From: Psammoneis japonica | Taxonomy: Eukaryota | Direction of reading: 5' to 3' | NCBI GenBank assembly: GCA_008632985.1 | Contig: QPGO01000008.1 | Span: forward strand, 538,979-602,978 | DNA: 64,000 nt | Part shown: positions 39,088 to 50,198 of the stretch, piece by piece | Position numbering within the stretch: position 1 is the first letter of the stretch | Layout: every line of letters begins with the position of its first letter | The notes under the pieces: generated by a model | Database searches by the model: none | What the model was told of the DNA's origin: nothing | What the model saw: only the letters and a program-made list of their open reading frames with translations | Made by a program: the position numbers and the translations under genes

Positions 39088-39224
39088 TCTTGATCCAACT
39101 CTTGGGTTGTTCTTGTTACGGCCTATCTTCTCTCTGTGGGATTCGCCGCGAGATTCTTGATCCAACTCTTGGGTTGTTCTTGTTACGGCCTATCTTCTCT
39201 CTGTGGGATTCGCCGCGAGATTCT
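39088..39224. repeat. Perfect 67-bp tandem duplication in a divergent promoter
   Basis: Unit TCTTGATCCAACTCTTGGG...CGCCGCGAGAT starts at 39088 and 39155. Confidence 0.92.
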
Positions 39225-39510
39225 CGATTGTGCCATGTGTCAGTCGGTCGCCTTCTTTTCAGATCGATCACAGCGATCGCGAGTGCGTGAACTTTTTTGT
39301 GACCGTTAGATGTGGTACAAATTGTACGAGGCATAATTCCAAAGATTAATCACGAATAAAATTGTTATGATCAATTTACCGTTGAATAGTACACAAAGCC
39401 GATACAAACAAAATGATCATTGCGAGTCTTCAGCGTTGTGTGACTGTAATTATTTTGATTTTCACCACTTATTTGACGACTGCACAACCATCGATCATCG
39501 GTCATCGGCC

Positions 39511-41169
39511 ATGGTTGCTACAGCCGCTCAAGATGACAATGACACACCGGCCCGACGAGCGGCTCTGGGGACTTTGTTGAGTCTATTGTTACGTATTCTA
39601 TCCTTTGCTTGTACTCAATGGACACTCCGCGTCATAGATCCCGCAGCGTTGGGACAAGCGTCGATTCAGTTGGAGCTCATGCTTACCACCATTTTGTTTG
39701 TAAGTCGCGAGGGATTTCGATTGGCATTGACCCGTGTCCAATGGAAAGAAAGCAACATTGTCAATGCCTCGTGGTTATCAATACCGGTAGTGTCAGTGAT
39801 TGCTTCTTTGGCCCTGATACGGCATTTATCACTGCTGCAAAGCGTCAACAACGACGATCCTAACAACTCGGATGATTATCGATTAGCTGGAATGTTGTAT
39901 TGTGCAGCTGCGGTTGTGGAAGGATTAGCGGAACCAGCTATTCTTGTGTGTTTGAATCAATTCCAAGTCACCATTCGAGTGACAGCAGAAGCGATAGCCA
40001 CCTTGGGGAAAACGCTGACGCTTGTGCTCTGCCTTGCGCAACCGTCGATAGCTCAGCGTTGGTCCGTCTCGAGCTTTGGAATATCACAACTCGTGTATGG
40101 AACCATTATTTTTGTCGTCATGTATACAAAGACGTGGTCCATCTTGACTTGGCCATCTTTTCAAAAGTCGAGTCCTTCATCTACAAGGTGGTGGTTACAA
40201 TCCTGGTTGGATGGCAACACGTGTTGGCTAGTTGTCGTCTTTACGGTTCAGGGGCTCTTCAAACACGCGCTGACAGAAGGTGACAAGATTGTATTGACGC
40301 AACTGGAGGATGCCTATCATCAAGGAGTCTACTCCATGGGACTTCACTTTGGAGGCATGGCTGCACGTATCTTGTTACAACCCATGGAAGAGAATGCAAG
40401 GCTCTTGTGGAGTCGACAGGCAGCCACAACACAATCCAAGCAACAAAACGGCAGTGATCCACTGGAACAATCCTTTACTGTCCTGGTCAAGTTAGTCATG
40501 TACATTGGATTTGTATTTGCCGCCATTGCCGTTCACTACACGTCGGTTCTGTTGAAGGTACTGGCGGGACCAAAATGGGGAGACAACGGCGAGGCTACCC
40601 AAGTGCTAAGTGCTTTTTGTGTTTACACTGCCTTTTTGGCCGTCAACGGTATGACGGAAGCCTTTGTCTACGGTGTTGCGGAGTCGGGAAAACAAGTTGG
40701 AGGATTATCCATGGCGCACTTGGTGGTTGGACTAGTTTTCTACGGAATTGCACCTGTTTTCGTTACAAGACTTGGAACGGTGGGACTTGTGGCTGCCAAT
40801 TGCATTGCCATGTTGCTACGATGCGTTTACTCGCTTTCCTTTGCAACAAAGTTCTTTGCAGAACGAAGAGATCGCAAGGAATCCAATCTAGAAGTCGCGT
40901 GGCGGCTGTTGAAACAAATCGTCCCGCACACTGCCGTATTGGTAGCCTTTGGTCTTGCTTTTGCAGTGACACGAATTTCACTGGACCAACTGCAACTGGC
41001 TGAAAAGGACATTGACCAAGTGGGGCTAAGCAAGGTGTGGCTCTTGGCAGCTTCAAAGCATGTCGTTGTGGGCATTGCATGTGGTATGGCGGTATTGCTT
41101 ACTGCATTCGTCTTTGAGGGCGACTTTGGTCGATCCTTGCGATCCATGCTTCGGAGGAAGCAGGACTAG
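39511..41169 (+). CDS. RFT1: RFT1 (Man5GlcNAc2-PP-dolichol translocation protein)
   Basis: LELMLTTILFVSREGFRLAL, LAEP, FKHALTEGDK, QGVY..GGMAARILLQPMEE, LAVNGMTEAF, GLVAANC. Confidence 0.93.
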   Translation: MVATAAQDDNDTPARRAALGTLLSLLLRILSFACTQWTLRVIDPAALGQASIQLELMLTTILFVSREGFRLALTRVQWKESNIVNASWLSIPVVSVIASLALIRHLSLLQSVNNDDPNNSDDYRLAGMLYCAAAVVEGLAEPAILVCLNQFQVTIRVTAEAIATLGKTLTLVLCLAQPSIAQRWSVSSFGISQLVYGTIIFVVMYTKTWSILTWPSFQKSSPSSTRWWLQSWLDGNTCWLVVVFTVQGLFKHALTEGDKIVLTQLEDAYHQGVYSMGLHFGGMAARILLQPMEENARLLWSRQAATTQSKQQNGSDPLEQSFTVLVKLVMYIGFVFAAIAVHYTSVLLKVLAGPKWGDNGEATQVLSAFCVYTAFLAVNGMTEAFVYGVAESGKQVGGLSMAHLVVGLVFYGIAPVFVTRLGTVGLVAANCIAMLLRCVYSLSFATKFFAERRDRKESNLEVAWRLLKQIVPHTAVLVAFGLAFAVTRISLDQLQLAEKDIDQVGLSKVWLLAASKHVVVGIACGMAVLLTAFVFEGDFGRSLRSMLRRKQD

Positions 41170-41811
41170 ACTCTAGAAATCAGTCGCAGTGACGTTCACT
41201 GAGCAATTCTTTTGCGCTTTTTATGCCTGAATCTAACAACCTGACCGGTTTCCTGACGTTTCGATGAAAGATGTGGTTCTTGCGTAATAATTCCAGTCTA
41301 ACAAGAATGTGAAGTCGACGTGACGGTGTTTTCGGATTGCGGTAGTGTCTTTTTCGAGTCCCATCATCTTGTAGTAACACCTACTACCGGTAACTAGAAG
41401 TACAGTATAACTCTACCGTAGACATGATTAAATGCGCTTGTTGCTTGGATCAGGTACCAGGTAGGCCCTTTGCATACTCAGTATGCATTACAAAGTAATG
41501 CCTTTTCGGTGGTATCCAGCTGTTGTCAAAAAAGATTCAAGATACAGTAGCAATTACTGACGGTTGGGCGGCTGGACGGCGGCGGAGTGCGGAGTCGACC
41601 AAAGATGAACCATGAACCAACTGCTGCCCGCCGCTGTCTTAAATTTCGTCTTGTTGTAATCAAGTATTGTTCTTAGGAAAACATCTCTCGAATCCTGAAG
41701 TCGTCGGAGCAGCGAAAGGAACGGAACAGAATCAACGCGTTGACGATTGAAGTTGAACTGCGACAGCGACGGTGAGACTGTGGTGGACGTGCTTGAAGCT
41801 GTTACGGTACG

Positions 41812-42186
41812 ATGAAGACCCACGACTACCCCGCACAGGTATTCCAAACTAACTTCACTGCAGGTTCCGGCAACGCATTACAAGCATGTGTTGCTTCGAT
41901 CTTTCATCTTAGTTTGAAATGCCTGACTATGAAGAAGGAATTCGCGACTTCTGCAAACCTCACTATTCAGTGCGTAAGCAGAAACTTCCGTCATCAAAGT
42001 CTGACGCTGGAAAGCTTTGCATACTGCGTGGCAAGTCTCCCAGAGGCAATTTTGGGCACGTCGTAGTCGCTCGCTGCTCTCGTGACAATAGTTTTTGACC
42101 TACTATGGGATCCTCACCCCGACTCAGCTTTCCTGGACCCAACTGAAACCTTTGGCTGGTACATAGTCTTCGAAAAATGCACGTGA
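41812..42186 (+). pseudogene. Small conserved-looking protein, possibly papain-like/C39-type fold, with two frameshifts
   Basis: Fragments in three frames: FQTNFTAGSGNALQACVASIF / LCILRGKSPRGNFGHVVVAR / WDPHPDSAFLD; shifts at about 41915 and 42093. Confidence 0.45.
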
Positions 42187-42409
42187 CGTTATACTGGGAC
42201 AGCTGTACTTTACTTGCTTCGTTTCCGGTTGGAAATACCTTCGAGTTGTATCTTTCGTCTGAGAAGTTGGTGAGCTCGGTGGTGAAGAAATGTATTATGT
42301 ATTATCTATGTATTATTTGTTCTCATGCCTCCAAAGTCGATTGATACTTTGCGCTAAACGAAATTGACGAAGGTGTCGTCCTCCTTCCCCAATCACTCAG
42401 CATGAACTC

Positions 42410-43771
42410 TTAGACGTCTGCGTCAAGTAACGAGCACGCATTTGGGATTTGTTCATCTTCATGGAAGAAATCAGCGTGCTCGGCCATCACGTCTAGTACA
42501 TCCGGATCTACGTCTGGAACACCATTCTGCAACCTTGGACTTGCATACTGCAACAACGGTTTCTGTTCTCCAGACTCATCATCATTATTGCTAAACCAAA
42601 TATCATGAAAAGGCAATAACTCCGTGAGCGAGTCGTCCGCCACGCTATCAAGAAGGGATGGGGCATCGCTTTTGTCGTCCTCGGATCCTCCAACACCGCC
42701 ATTTACTCCCTCGCAACGATTCGGCGGCTTTGTGTCCAGTGTTGTGTAATCAATTATCGGAGAGAGGTACGGGAAATTCGAGGTATCGACGGTGACGGTA
42801 TTTTCACTCTCTTGGTGGTCTTTCGCGAACTGAAAAGGTGACATCAGTGTTGACGTTGAATCCTGTTCCCTGCTTTTGTTGCACTTGTTCCGTGATACGT
42901 TTGCGATGTCGAAAGCCTTGGGGGTGGCATGTTTGACTGAGGGATGTGAGTTTGGGCTCTCTAGCCCTGTATTTGTCTCGATCGGGCTGGATTTATTGGT
43001 TTGCGGGCATGTCTTGTTCGCAATCTCTTGAATCAGCGTTCCAGTCACTTCGCCTACTGCGTCTTTCAAAGCTGACTGCGTTTGCGTTTTACTATTATCT
43101 ACCCCTTTCCTGTTGAGCATTTGAGGCAAGATGTGATCACCTGCTTTTTGTGCGTTGGGGTGCTGGTTTGTAGGTGCGGACTTTATGGGAACTGCTTCAG
43201 GGGTGTCAACAACGTTCATACGCACTGGCTTGTCAGCTTCACTCTCTGAAAATGTTATGTTGGGAAGAGCGCTTTTCGTTCTCTGTCTTTCGATCGTCGT
43301 ATTCATCGTGCCGCCGACAGTAGAGACATATAGAGGCTTTGCGGTTGTTTCGTCGAGAGCTTGGTTTCGTGGCTTCTCCACGCTGTCGCTGATCGAATCA
43401 GATTGCTTTGGTGGCGCTGTCGCTATTGACGCCGCACGAACATGTGTCTCTCGTGGTGCTATCATCCTAGCGGCCTCTGTTGCAGCGCTAGAATCTATCA
43501 ATTTTCTTTGCTTCCTGCGACGCTGCTCCACCGCTTGCTGTAGGAGAAACTTGTCTACAAGCTCCATCGCTTTGCCGGAACAGGCGTTTGCGGGCCACCT
43601 TTTCTGGCGCTGATTAATGTGTGGGCAAGTCGTCATGTGCACTCGAGCTTCCTTGTAGTATTTGAAAATGTCGCTGCAATTCTCTCCGAGGCATGCATAA
43701 GACTTCCTCTTTCTTGCGGCGGCTTCGTGTGACAGAGAAACCGGCGCGACATTCATTGAATAGCTAGACAT
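42410..43771 (-). CDS. Hypothetical protein with N-terminal C2HC zinc-finger-like motif and low-complexity body
   Basis: Uninterrupted ORF of about 450 codons with normal dinucleotide content; YACLGENCSDIFKYYKEARVHMTTC. Confidence 0.6.
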   Translation of the reverse strand: MSSYSMNVAPVSLSHEAAARKRKSYACLGENCSDIFKYYKEARVHMTTCPHINQRQKRWPANACSGKAMELVDKFLLQQAVEQRRRKQRKLIDSSAATEAARMIAPRETHVRAASIATAPPKQSDSISDSVEKPRNQALDETTAKPLYVSTVGGTMNTTIERQRTKSALPNITFSESEADKPVRMNVVDTPEAVPIKSAPTNQHPNAQKAGDHILPQMLNRKGVDNSKTQTQSALKDAVGEVTGTLIQEIANKTCPQTNKSSPIETNTGLESPNSHPSVKHATPKAFDIANVSRNKCNKSREQDSTSTLMSPFQFAKDHQESENTVTVDTSNFPYLSPIIDYTTLDTKPPNRCEGVNGGVGGSEDDKSDAPSLLDSVADDSLTELLPFHDIWFSNNDDESGEQKPLLQYASPRLQNGVPDVDPDVLDVMAEHADFFHEDEQIPNACSLLDADV

Positions 43772-43924
43772 TGTGTCGCACAAACGACAGATAGGTTCAC
43801 AATGTACCCTTTTCGCTTTTGGATGGAGTAGTGACAACAGAGGACGGCGAAGAGCTTGTTGTAAACGACGGAAGCATCTTCACGCAACGGTGAAATCATA
43901 AAAACTTGTGACGGTGGTTGCACT

Positions 43925-44100
43925 GATTAACGGTTTGCTATTATAAACATTCGTATCTTTTGGTCGTAAATATCAGCAATACGAACTCATAACCTGCCTC
44001 CAAGCTAATCGGGTGGCGGATTAACGGTTTGAACATATAGAAACATTAGTATCTGTAGTTTGTAGTTAGGCTCAAATACACTCATAACCTCCCTCCAATC
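43925..44100. repeat. Imperfect direct repeat of about 94 bp in a divergent promoter
   Basis: GATTAACGGTTTG..AAACATT.GTATCT..ACTCATAACCT.CCTCCAA at 43925 and 44019. Confidence 0.75.
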
Positions 44101-44162
44101 GATCGCAATGACCTTATTTCTGCTTCCAACTTCATACTTCATCCGCTCTTCGAGCCGAGACA

Positions 44163-46593
44163 ATGGCGAGCAGTCAAGCTCCACAGCAGGCTAACACCGA
44201 CGACGATGACGGTGAGCGCTTTTTCCGTTCATACTCAAAGGCCTTGGCTGAAGCTCTTCTTGAAAACGAGAGCGGGACCAAGAAAGTTTCGAAAGACCAG
44301 CAAATTCACGACGCCTACGTAGCACTTTGCTACGATGAACCTAGAGTAGAGAGCGACGAGGCTTGTCGTTTGTTGGCCTTGGAACTGGCAACAGATAAAA
44401 GGAAACGAGGCGTCAAGAAATCGTACGCACTTTCTGAACGTCTTGTGGAAGGGATCCGCCAAGCTACATCGAGAACTGTCCCTCCTGCGTCGTCAGGCAA
44501 CAACGCTGGTAGCACCTCGCAGGACGACCAGGGCGGCAAGCAAGCGCAGTCACAAGAGGATCAAGACACAGAGTCGTTTATAAGAAACACTGGTACTGCT
44601 TCTGCTTCAGCATATGCTGCGTTGGCGGTTGCTGCTTTTATTCAAGTACCGCTTGCCTGTTGTGTTTGTGCCGAGAAAAGTATGATCGAAAGTTTTCTAG
44701 GTTCTTATCGCGGTCCAGTGAGACAGCAGCAGGCTGTGACAGACGATTTGAACGACAGCAGTATCGACAACAAGAAAATGGTGGCTAACCCCTCCGGTTC
44801 TGTACAAGATAACGATGAACAAAAGGGGGCGGGGAACGACCATGACTCCCTTGCAGAGATCTTTGCAGACGAGAGTGATCCCGACGATTTTGAGTTTGAA
44901 TCTGCCATGAACGATCCTTGTAAATCGACTTGGGACCTCCCAGAAATGGATCCATCGATTCTATCTTGCCCCCCTACAACAGAAGCTACTTGGACAGAGT
45001 TGCGACATGCAGTTGCGAACCTCTTGACTGAGTTGACGTATTCCAAACTCTTGTACTTGTCAGCACAAAAGTGGAAGAGTCTTCACGTGTCGGATATTTT
45101 GACACAATTAGCGTTGACCTTGTTGATACCGCCAACATGTGATGATCATAGCAACGGCAACATCTCTTCGCTATTAAGTGACGACGCCGACCCCGCCTGT
45201 CACGAGTTGAGTAGTTTGGGAGTGCAACCGTTGTTTTGCTTGAGAGATCGCGCCGTGGATGCGTCGAAGCTGGGCAAGGACGAAGTACTGGGCGAATATC
45301 TCATGCTTTTACAGACAATGTTGGGTGTGGATGCCGCGCTGTTTAATCAACAAACGAAAAAAGAGGAGCCTCTGGCTCCTGCGACTGTGATTGGCCTTGC
45401 GTCCCTTTCAGATATTTGCGATACGCCCGACAGCAGCAAGTCAACGAGACAGAGAATTCGAAAGTGCGTCATTGAGAATCTGGAAGATCTCGCCAGTATT
45501 TTAGAGCGGGTGGCTGCATCACCGATAGCAACATTTTCACCGGACATCAATGGCAAGACGGAGGACGAAAGTAAAGTCACTGACCTAGTTCCAACTTGGG
45601 TCCACGTCATACTGACTATGCTGCCTTTGTCATACACAACGACCAACGTCGAGGCAGATGGGACGTCGAAACATTCAACTGATGGGATAGCTACAGCTCT
45701 GTCGAATAGGGAAGCGCAACTGTTGTTGAATTCTGGGTTCTTTCGCCAATTGATCTTGGTGTACACACGAAACCATTCTAGTCAAGAGATCTATTCATCT
45801 CCAACGTGCAAGTTCGCACGAGACAAGCTCCTGCACGCAATATTGGTCATGTGTGTTCAATCACCCACAATCTTGTCAAAGTACGCGTGGCGTGTCCCTG
45901 AATTATCTCAACTCCTCTCTGATGGTGATGATGCACAACAGCTTTCCCGAGATTGCAGAATAATGTGGTCCTTGGTGGGCAGCGTAGTATTAGCCGGCGG
46001 CGGAGGGCGCCTTCGTCTGGTGACAAGGACTGGGCCGAGCAGTAACCTCAGTAGCACACGGACCGCTGATTCGTGTCGAGCAGAGGCAGTGAAGTCTTTT
46101 GAAGAACTATGCGGCGTGGTAATGCGTGCCATGGTTGAGTTGCAAGCCATTCGGCGAGACTCACTAGACGGCACAGAAGACTTGGGAGAATGGAAAACCC
46201 AACACGTGGAATCTCTTGAGCAATTCGCAAGATTCACCAATCTTGTCGTCTCGTTGCCCTCCTTTGCCGGCATGTGGATGGCGTGTGTCCAGGGTGATCC
46301 TTAGTGGGAAGGAGCCTGTTTACACGCCTAGAGTGAAGAAGCACCTGGACGAGCTACGGTCTATCGTTTCCAACATGCCGGTGTCGACCCAATCCAAGAG
46401 TACATTGACGTACAAGGATGACCCTGTGGCCAAATCAGCAGACAATGACAAGACGGCTCAGCCGCTTGTAAGGGTCACTGATAGAGGCGATGAACACGTT
46501 TCTGCTGTGCAAAAGGGTATCAAAATTCTTTCACTTCTGCTTCGAGAGGGTACCACCAAACAAGGAAGTAACCTCGTGTCTAAAACGGATTAA
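44163..46593 (+). CDS. Hypothetical alpha-helical protein (apparent frameshift at about 46290)
   Basis: 713-aa ORF continued by an overlapping ORF ending at 46593; no recognisable domain. Confidence 0.65.
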
Positions 46594-46639
46594 AAGTAGA
46601 ACGTTCAAATAAAAGGCTATTGATAGGTAGCAGAATACA

Positions 46640-47911
46640 TTATTTCTCCTGGTCTTGCTTTGATTCTTCTTGAACAGCTTCTGGAGGCTCTTCTTCGCTA
46701 TCTTCCTCGCCATCGCCCTGACCATCATCGTCCTTGCTCGACTCTTCGTCCTCTGTCACACTTTGCTCTTGTTCGATTGTTGTAGTCAATTCTTCAATCA
46801 ATTCTGGCGGGACAGGGCACCGAGCCTTCAAGCAAGGTTCAATAACTTGTTCCATGGCCACGGTAGGTCCACATAGCTGTAAAACAATGGCCGAACAGGT
46901 CTGAATTGTGGTTGGCGTGGGCCCATGATGGATACGGATTTGTCTTTTGTACGCACGGGCAGCACGCTTCTTCATGAGTCGATAAGGCCTTTCTTTGCGA
47001 AGACACAACAGTTCCACTACGCCAAGGGTCGTTTCCTTTACCAAACTTGCTTGATACTGACCAGAGTCGTCTTCTGGTGGTTCTTTCTTTTCCTTTTTAG
47101 GAGTACTAGCAGCGGGCATTATTCCAAGCTTTCTGAATCGTTTGCGAATGTCTCGTTTCCGGACGATATCACCTTCTTTAGCATGGGGTGATGCTTGCTC
47201 TGCTGCTCCTTCATCGTCCGCTTCTAACCTAGGCAAAGCATCTTGCTGCACTCCTTCCAATAGAACCTCCAGCACTTGATCAACGGCATTCATGGGAGCT
47301 GCATAATATAGACCCGTAGATGTGTCGCGAAATGTTTGCAACACAAAAAGAGCAGCATCCACCTTGTTTTCCCCGTTCTGTGAGAGCTTGGCTTTCATCA
47401 TGACCTCCATCGCAAGAGACGCCTCTGGCTTGTCAATAACCAAATCACGAGCTCGCCTGTATTGCTGAAGAGCAAACTGAATGACAGTGGCATCTCGAGG
47501 ATAACCCGCACGAACCGTGTGGCACAAGTTTACAAATTCAGCAGAATGTACCGTGTCACGCTTCAGGTTCAGCTGCAGTAATGCCTGACCCGGTGTTCCC
47601 TCGAATCCTTCCAAAATGTTCTCTTCTACTTCTTGCACACTTTCAGGAGGAGGAGGAGGAGGAGTTTCTTGTTTTGTAAGGGGTTGTGTCTTCACATCAG
47701 AAAGGCTCCTTGTGGTAGCGCTCCGGAACGGAGATATTGTCACCCAGTCCGAACGAAGACTTTCCATGCGGCTCGCAGAACTTGCTTGAAAGGCCCTGTA
47801 ACTGTGTATCTGATTCAACTTCAACCACTTATTTGATCCATCCTTTGATATCCTGGAGACGGGTGTTCTGCAGCACTGTCGCAAAAACATTTGGCCTTGT
47901 GCCGACGTCAT
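46640..47911 (-). CDS. Hypothetical protein, possibly mitochondrion-targeted
   Basis: ORF of about 420 codons; Arg/Ser-rich N-terminus, acidic C-terminal tail. Confidence 0.65.
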   Translation of the reverse strand: MTSAQGQMFLRQCCRTPVSRISKDGSNKWLKLNQIHSYRAFQASSASRMESLRSDWVTISPFRSATTRSLSDVKTQPLTKQETPPPPPPESVQEVEENILEGFEGTPGQALLQLNLKRDTVHSAEFVNLCHTVRAGYPRDATVIQFALQQYRRARDLVIDKPEASLAMEVMMKAKLSQNGENKVDAALFVLQTFRDTSTGLYYAAPMNAVDQVLEVLLEGVQQDALPRLEADDEGAAEQASPHAKEGDIVRKRDIRKRFRKLGIMPAASTPKKEKKEPPEDDSGQYQASLVKETTLGVVELLCLRKERPYRLMKKRAARAYKRQIRIHHGPTPTTIQTCSAIVLQLCGPTVAMEQVIEPCLKARCPVPPELIEELTTTIEQEQSVTEDEESSKDDDGQGDGEEDSEEEPPEAVQEESKQDQEK

Positions 47912-48125
47912 GGTGCTCCGCTTCTCCAACGCAAAAGAGTGTTGGACGCATGTGCGAGCAGCAGGCCGCGTACGGTAGTTTCTATCTACACAGATCCTGG
48001 TATTAGATAGAGCTCAGTACCTGTAACTGCCGATGATATCGCGATGATTTTCAGTCTGTTGTTTTCAGTTTGTTGTTTTGTTTCCTATTATTGTCGTTCC
48101 GTTTTTCTCTCCTCCATAAACGACA

Positions 48126-48478
48126 ATGGTAAGCCTTATTCATGCATTCGTTATCCTATTGTGTTTTCGAAAGCCCGTTCTCACCAAATGTTTTTTTCGT
48201 TTTCTTGTTACTAGAGTCAAACATTCATAGTGAACCCCAAGCCATTCCTTGCTGATTTGACGGGCAAGACGGTGAGGGTCAAGCTCAAGTGGGGAATGGA
48301 ATATCAAGGCTTCTTGTCTTCGTCTGACGCATACATGAACTTGCACTTGGAACGGACTGAAGAATTTATCGACGGACAATTTGCAGGATTCTTGGGGGAA
48401 GTGTTGATTCGATGCAACAACGTTCTGTACATTAAAGCGGCTAAAGCTGCTGCCGATGGTGATGCCATGCAAGAATAA
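48126..48478 (+). CDS. SNRPF: Small nuclear ribonucleoprotein F (SmF); exon 1 is the ATG only
   Basis: ATG 48126-48128, intron 48129-48214 (GTAAGC..CTAG), then [51 protein letters not shown]. Confidence 0.95.
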
Positions 48479-49208
48479 AGAACTGAATGGCTCTTATTGG
48501 TAAGTCGAGACACAGTGTCGAGAGTCTTTTGTTGGCCTAGGATTACTTTAGAGCGTCAGACCGATGGATACCGGCACAGAAATGTGTTCGTGGGTGTTTG
48601 CAGCGAAGTGCTTCCGAAAGGAGTCCATTTTCCTGCTAGCTGCCTTGGTTCCATCCATGCAAATCAACTACACGCGCTGATGACCATGGTCCGTCGGGAC
48701 CAATATCACCAACCCATATATGAGGCCACGACTCGAAAACTGCTCTGATCATTCCTCTCCTTCGCAACCATCTCACAGCCGTAATGCTCTTCCGTTTCTT
48801 TTTTAGCAGTCATCCATCTGCAGAGCGCTGGGGGGGCATGTTCATTACTAAGGTAATATTGTAACCAATCTAGAATGAGCATAAGGCGGCGAGAATATCG
48901 GTGTCAATCTTTACTTTCAATATACAATATTCCGCTTGTTCCCGTCTCTCTGAACGAAAGGCATGCTGCATTCTTAGCGGCACGGATAGCAGGCAGGTGC
49001 CAGTATGACTCCCCTACTAGAGCAAGCTGGCTAGCAACAAGTCACTAGAGGGCTGATTTTTGATGCGGGTAGCGGTTGTGTTATGCTTTTGCCGCGGCGA
49101 CATCGTCCGGCGGTTCAGGGAGTTAGTGTATTGACTGTATTCGTCTTCCTCAAACAACTTTATTAATCCAACGCATCCAGTCACCTGGAGAAAAGTCCTG
49201 GCTCTCGC

Positions 49209-50198
49209 CTAGTCCTGATGCATCGATTTCACCACTTTGTGAATATACGCCGTGGACGTGCCTCCTGTCAACCAGCACCAACCATCAATTTCTTCGGCGA
49301 GTTCCAATTTGTAATGTCCCGACGGGTAGACACCTCTTTGTCCCTCAATAGCGGGAATACTGTTCTCCAAAGGAAGCATGTAATCAGTCGTAATGATTAT
49401 AGAGCCCGTCCGAAACTGACGACCAACGGCACGACCAAGACTTTCCATCAAGTCAGACGAGAAGCAACTTGAAAACACAAAAGCGCAGTCAACGTCACCG
49501 AGACACTCATCTGGATTGTCAAAGGAACCACATTTCAATTCAATTGGTGCCAGCTTAAGGCTGGAATCATGTTGAGTGTTGTCAAACGCTGAAAATGGGA
49601 GCTTGGCTACGCCCATCGTGTTGCATGAAGCGAGCTTCTCGACAGCTACATTGTGGATCCCCTCCAAAAGCTCAATCCCCCGACATAATTTCCAGCCTGG
49701 ATGAAGTGCTGCAGCACCCAAGACTAAACGACCCGTTCCACTTCCTAGATCTGCAAATACCCTTCCATCCCACGACGGAGGTACTTCACTTTTCTCCTTG
49801 AAAAAATGAAAATGTGCTCGATCAAGAAGTTGCGCAAAAAAGTGAAAATCGAACTCGCCATAAGTCAGATCCATCGGCGGCTCTTCACCTTTTGAAATAA
49901 AAGCCCAATATCCATCCGTGCGACTTGCTGCGTTTCTCATTTTCAAGTCTTGAGAAGGGTAAAGTCTCTCCAAACCATTCAAGACAGACTCGTACCGGAC
50001 ACCCGAAATCGACTCGGCATCTGCTTTTGCATTGGGGTTTACCTGAGGCGCAGCATGAAGCGACAGAGACACTCTACTGGGATGCGTGGAAAATTGAGTT
50101 TTACGAGTCATAGACCATGTTCGGACAACATTGTCAGTCGCCCACGAGTGGCAACAGAGCGGAAGAGAAAACGTGAGCAGAATTCGACTCCTCTTCAT
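49209..50198 (-). CDS. DOT1-like class I SAM-dependent methyltransferase with signal-peptide-like leader
   Basis: LTYGEFD, FADLGSGTGRLV, GIELLE; hydrophobic N-terminus ending CCHSW. Confidence 0.8.
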   Translation of the reverse strand: MKRSRILLTFSLPLCCHSWATDNVVRTWSMTRKTQFSTHPSRVSLSLHAAPQVNPNAKADAESISGVRYESVLNGLERLYPSQDLKMRNAASRTDGYWAFISKGEEPPMDLTYGEFDFHFFAQLLDRAHFHFFKEKSEVPPSWDGRVFADLGSGTGRLVLGAAALHPGWKLCRGIELLEGIHNVAVEKLASCNTMGVAKLPFSAFDNTQHDSSLKLAPIELKCGSFDNPDECLGDVDCAFVFSSCFSSDLMESLGRAVGRQFRTGSIIITTDYMLPLENSIPAIEGQRGVYPSGHYKLELAEEIDGWCWLTGGTSTAYIHKVVKSMHQD

